Of a stretch of 35,775 bases of DNA, positions 33,006-35,775 are shown piece after piece (the stretch's first letter is position 1; each line of letters starts with the position of its first letter). The translations under genes and the position numbers were made by a program. Source of the stretch: Octopus bimaculoides (lineage: Eukaryota); assembly GCF_001194135.2 (NCBI RefSeq), contig NC_068987.1:40134783-40170557 (forward strand), in the 5' to 3' direction. The notes under the pieces are model-generated. The model was given only the letters and a program-made list of their open reading frames with translations. It searched no databases and had not been told where the DNA came from.

Positions 33006-33115
33006 TGTAAGGTCATGGAGCAAAAATAATGTGTCATATAAGTGTTACATTCATATTATATTTTATTTTATCTTAATCGTTACTTTACCCTAATGCCCAT
33101 TATATCCATTAACCC

Positions 33116-33452
33116 GTGGAGGCGCAATGGCCCAGTGGTTAGGGCAGCGGACTCGCGGTTTCGATTCCCAGACCGGGCGTTGTGAGTGTTTATTGAGCGA
33201 AAACACCTAAAGCTCCACAAGGCTCCGGCAGGGGATGGTGGCGAACCCTGCTGTACTCTTTCACCACACCTTTCTCTCACTCTTACTTCCTGTTTCTGTT
33301 GTGCCTGTAATTCAAAGGGTCAGCCTTGTCACGCTGAATATCCCTGAGAACTACGTTAAGGGTACACGGGTCTGTGGAGTGCTCAGCCACTTGCACGTTA
33401 ATTTCACGAGCAGGCTGTTCATTGATCGGATTAACTAGAACCCTCGACGTCG
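33116..33452 (+). mobile_element. SINE family A, 3'-truncated, abutting an inverted family-B head (33452-33490)
   Basis: Near-identical to 3954-4333, with a short deletion in the tRNA head. Confidence 0.88.
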
Positions 33453-33523
33453 TTGGTAAGCAAGCTACTTACCACACAGCCGCTCCTGCGCCTATATACA
33501 CACACACACATATATATGTATAT

Positions 33524-33558
<35 letters not shown>

Positions 33559-34007
33559 ACTTTCCAGCTTCATCCCAATTCGTATTGGAATTTCTATGCT
33601 GATAGAACCCACGACGAAGCTCTCCAAGCCATGAACTATAGCTAAGACATTTTTATTTTATATATTAACCCTTCTTGCTGTGCCCCACCCCACCCCGCGT
33701 TTCTCTATCTATACATTTCTTCCCTTCCATATCTCTGTTCTGTCTTAAATTCATGCTTATTTATGTATTTCTTTTCTCTACCTCACCCAAGTTATCGCCT
33801 TCCCCTCTACTTTCTTGAAGTTATGCTCCTTAGCCCAAACCTGTCAGAAAATTTTGTCTCTCCTCCCTTTAAAAATTACGATTTAACTCTCATTTCTCTT
33901 ACTGATTTAAGCATTTAATCTCACGGTTTAAACACTGCTGTGTCTCTTCCAACTTTGTTTCTAAAAACCCAAGGAATTTAACCAGCGTGATGTACTGCTG
34001 CCTGTTC

Positions 34008-34041
<34 letters not shown>

Positions 34042-34113
34042 GAATCACTACTTTCTTTCCCCCACTTCTTCTTCGACCCGTACGTGTCCCCAAACCTATT
34101 ATAACCAGTTCAC

Positions 34114-34570
34114 NNNNNNNNNNNNNNNNNNNNNNNNNNNNNNNNNNNNNNNNNNNNNNNNNNNNNNNNNNNNNNNNNNNNNNNNNNNNNNNNNNNNNNN
34201 NNNNNNNNNNNNNNNNNNNNNNNNNNNNNNNNNNNNNNNNNNNNNNNNNNNNNNNNNNNNNNNNNNNNNNNNNNNNNNNNNNNNNNNNNNNNNNNNNNNN
34301 NNNNNNNNNNNNNNNNNNNNNNNNNNNNNNNNNNNNNNNNNNNNNNNNNNNNNNNNNNNNNNNNNNNNNNNNNNNNNNNNNNNNNNNNNNNNNNNNNNNN
34401 NNNNNNNNNNNNNNNNNNNNNNNNNNNNNNNNNNNNNNNNNNNNNNNNNNNNNNNNNNNNNNNNNNNNNNNNNNNNNNNNNNNNNNNNNNNNNNNNNNNN
34501 NNNNNNNNNNNNNNNNNNNNNNNNNNNNNNNNNNNNNNNNNNNNNNNNNNNNNNNNNNNNNNNNNNNNNN
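34114..34570. other. assembly gap
   Basis: Run of N. Confidence 1.
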
Positions 34571-35775
34571 TTGTTGAGATGCTTGAACGGCGACGCGTAG
34601 ATCTGTGCTGCATCCAAGAAGTAAGATGGAGAGGAGGTTCTGCGAGGTTCCTCACAGGCAAAGAACATAGGTACAAGATTTTCTGGGCAAGGAACACTGA
34701 CGGGGTCGGGGGCGTAGGAATACTTCTAGCAGAGAAATGGGTTGATAAGGTAATCGAAGTAGTTAGAGCATGTGACAGAGTACTTAAGATTATACTAGTG
34801 CTTCATCATAGGCTAGCTACTGTCATCTCAGCCTATGCCCCTCAACCGGGGCTACCGGATGGGCTGAAAGACCAATTCTATGACACCCTCTTGCAAACTA
34901 CCTCGTCGACAAGTGACAGGGACCTTCTCTTCGTGGCTGGTGACTTCAATGGTCATGTCGGATGTCGTGCTGGAGGCTTCCATGGCATACATGGAGGCTA
35001 TGGCTTCGGTTCCCGCAACGAGGAGGGAACCAGACTGCTGGAGTTCTGTGATGCAACCGATCTTATGGTTTGCAATACCAACTTCAGGAAACCTGCCTGT
35101 CACCTAGTCACCTACCGATCTGGCAGACACTCTAGCCAAAATCGACTACATCCTCGCCAGAAATAGGGAAAGAGGGTGGCTTATGAATGCCAAAACTTTC
35201 CCTGGCGAAGAATGTACACCCCAACACAGATTAGTAGTTAGCGACTTCGAGATCAAGGCAAAATGGGTGCCCAGAAGTAGACTGGCTTGAAGGAGAAGGG
35301 TGTGGAAGATTAAAGACCCTGCGAATGGACAGAGACTTAGAGACAAGTTACTTGAAGCTTTTGACGAAATAGAAGGGGATATAGCATCATACAACGTGGA
35401 AGACAATTGGAGATATCTGCAGGACAACCTGCTGAGAGCCACCGACCAGATCTGTGGCTGGGGTAAAGTCCCCTCTCGACCCAGAGTAACGTGATGGTGG
35501 AATAACGAGGTAGACAGGGCTATTAGACAAAAGAAACAGGCTTGGAAGGACTGGAAGAACGGTAGTAGCAGGGAATTGTACCAATCTCCCAGAAGGGAAG
35601 CTAGGTGACAAGTTTATTTAGCCAGAGGGGAAGCAGATAGGAAAAGATTTGCCAATGTTCTGCGCAGTGAGGACCAAAGACTTGAGGTATTTCGTGTTGC
35701 AAGACAGTGTAGGAGAGAGAATAGTGATGTCGTAGGAAAGAAATGTGTTCGCATGGATGATGGTATGCTTGCACT
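34571..35775 (+). mobile_element. young RTE-clade LINE, APE endonuclease and linker; runs off the right edge
   Basis: VDLCCIQEVRW, GVGILL, VISAYAPQ, LFVAGDFNGHVG, GFGSRNEEGTRLLEF, FPGEECTPQHRLVVSDF. One frameshift near 35135 and a few stops. Confidence 0.95.

Overview
This is eukaryotic, repeat-rich DNA with five assembly gaps. The SINE families, RTE LINEs and microsatellite density suggest an octopus/cephalopod genome (inference). There are no prokaryotic operons, CRISPR arrays, rRNA or true tRNA genes. Most of the window is transposable-element debris: (1) the 5' half of an L1/Tx1-type LINE (1-3200, minus); (2) a complete but decayed hAT/Buster transposon with an 8-bp target-site duplication (4679-7051); (3) three restriction-like-endonuclease (REL, HERO-like) retroelement pieces (8200-12710); (4) three RTE LINE copies with a PHD-like finger inside the RT; (5) Penelope fragments; (6) two mariners; (7) many tRNA-derived SINEs. 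A probable unidentified multi-exon host gene lies on the minus strand at about 15.2-19.5 kb, with another candidate terminal exon at 21 kb; exon boundaries were called by hand and are tentative. The most interesting observations are an RT-less, in-frame zinc-finger/REL fusion retroelement, a hammerhead-like core at the junction of two tandem REL elements, a codon-biased exon copy captured inside an RTE, a 1.4-kb AT-rich element with inverted arms, and several microhomology-flanked templated insertions.
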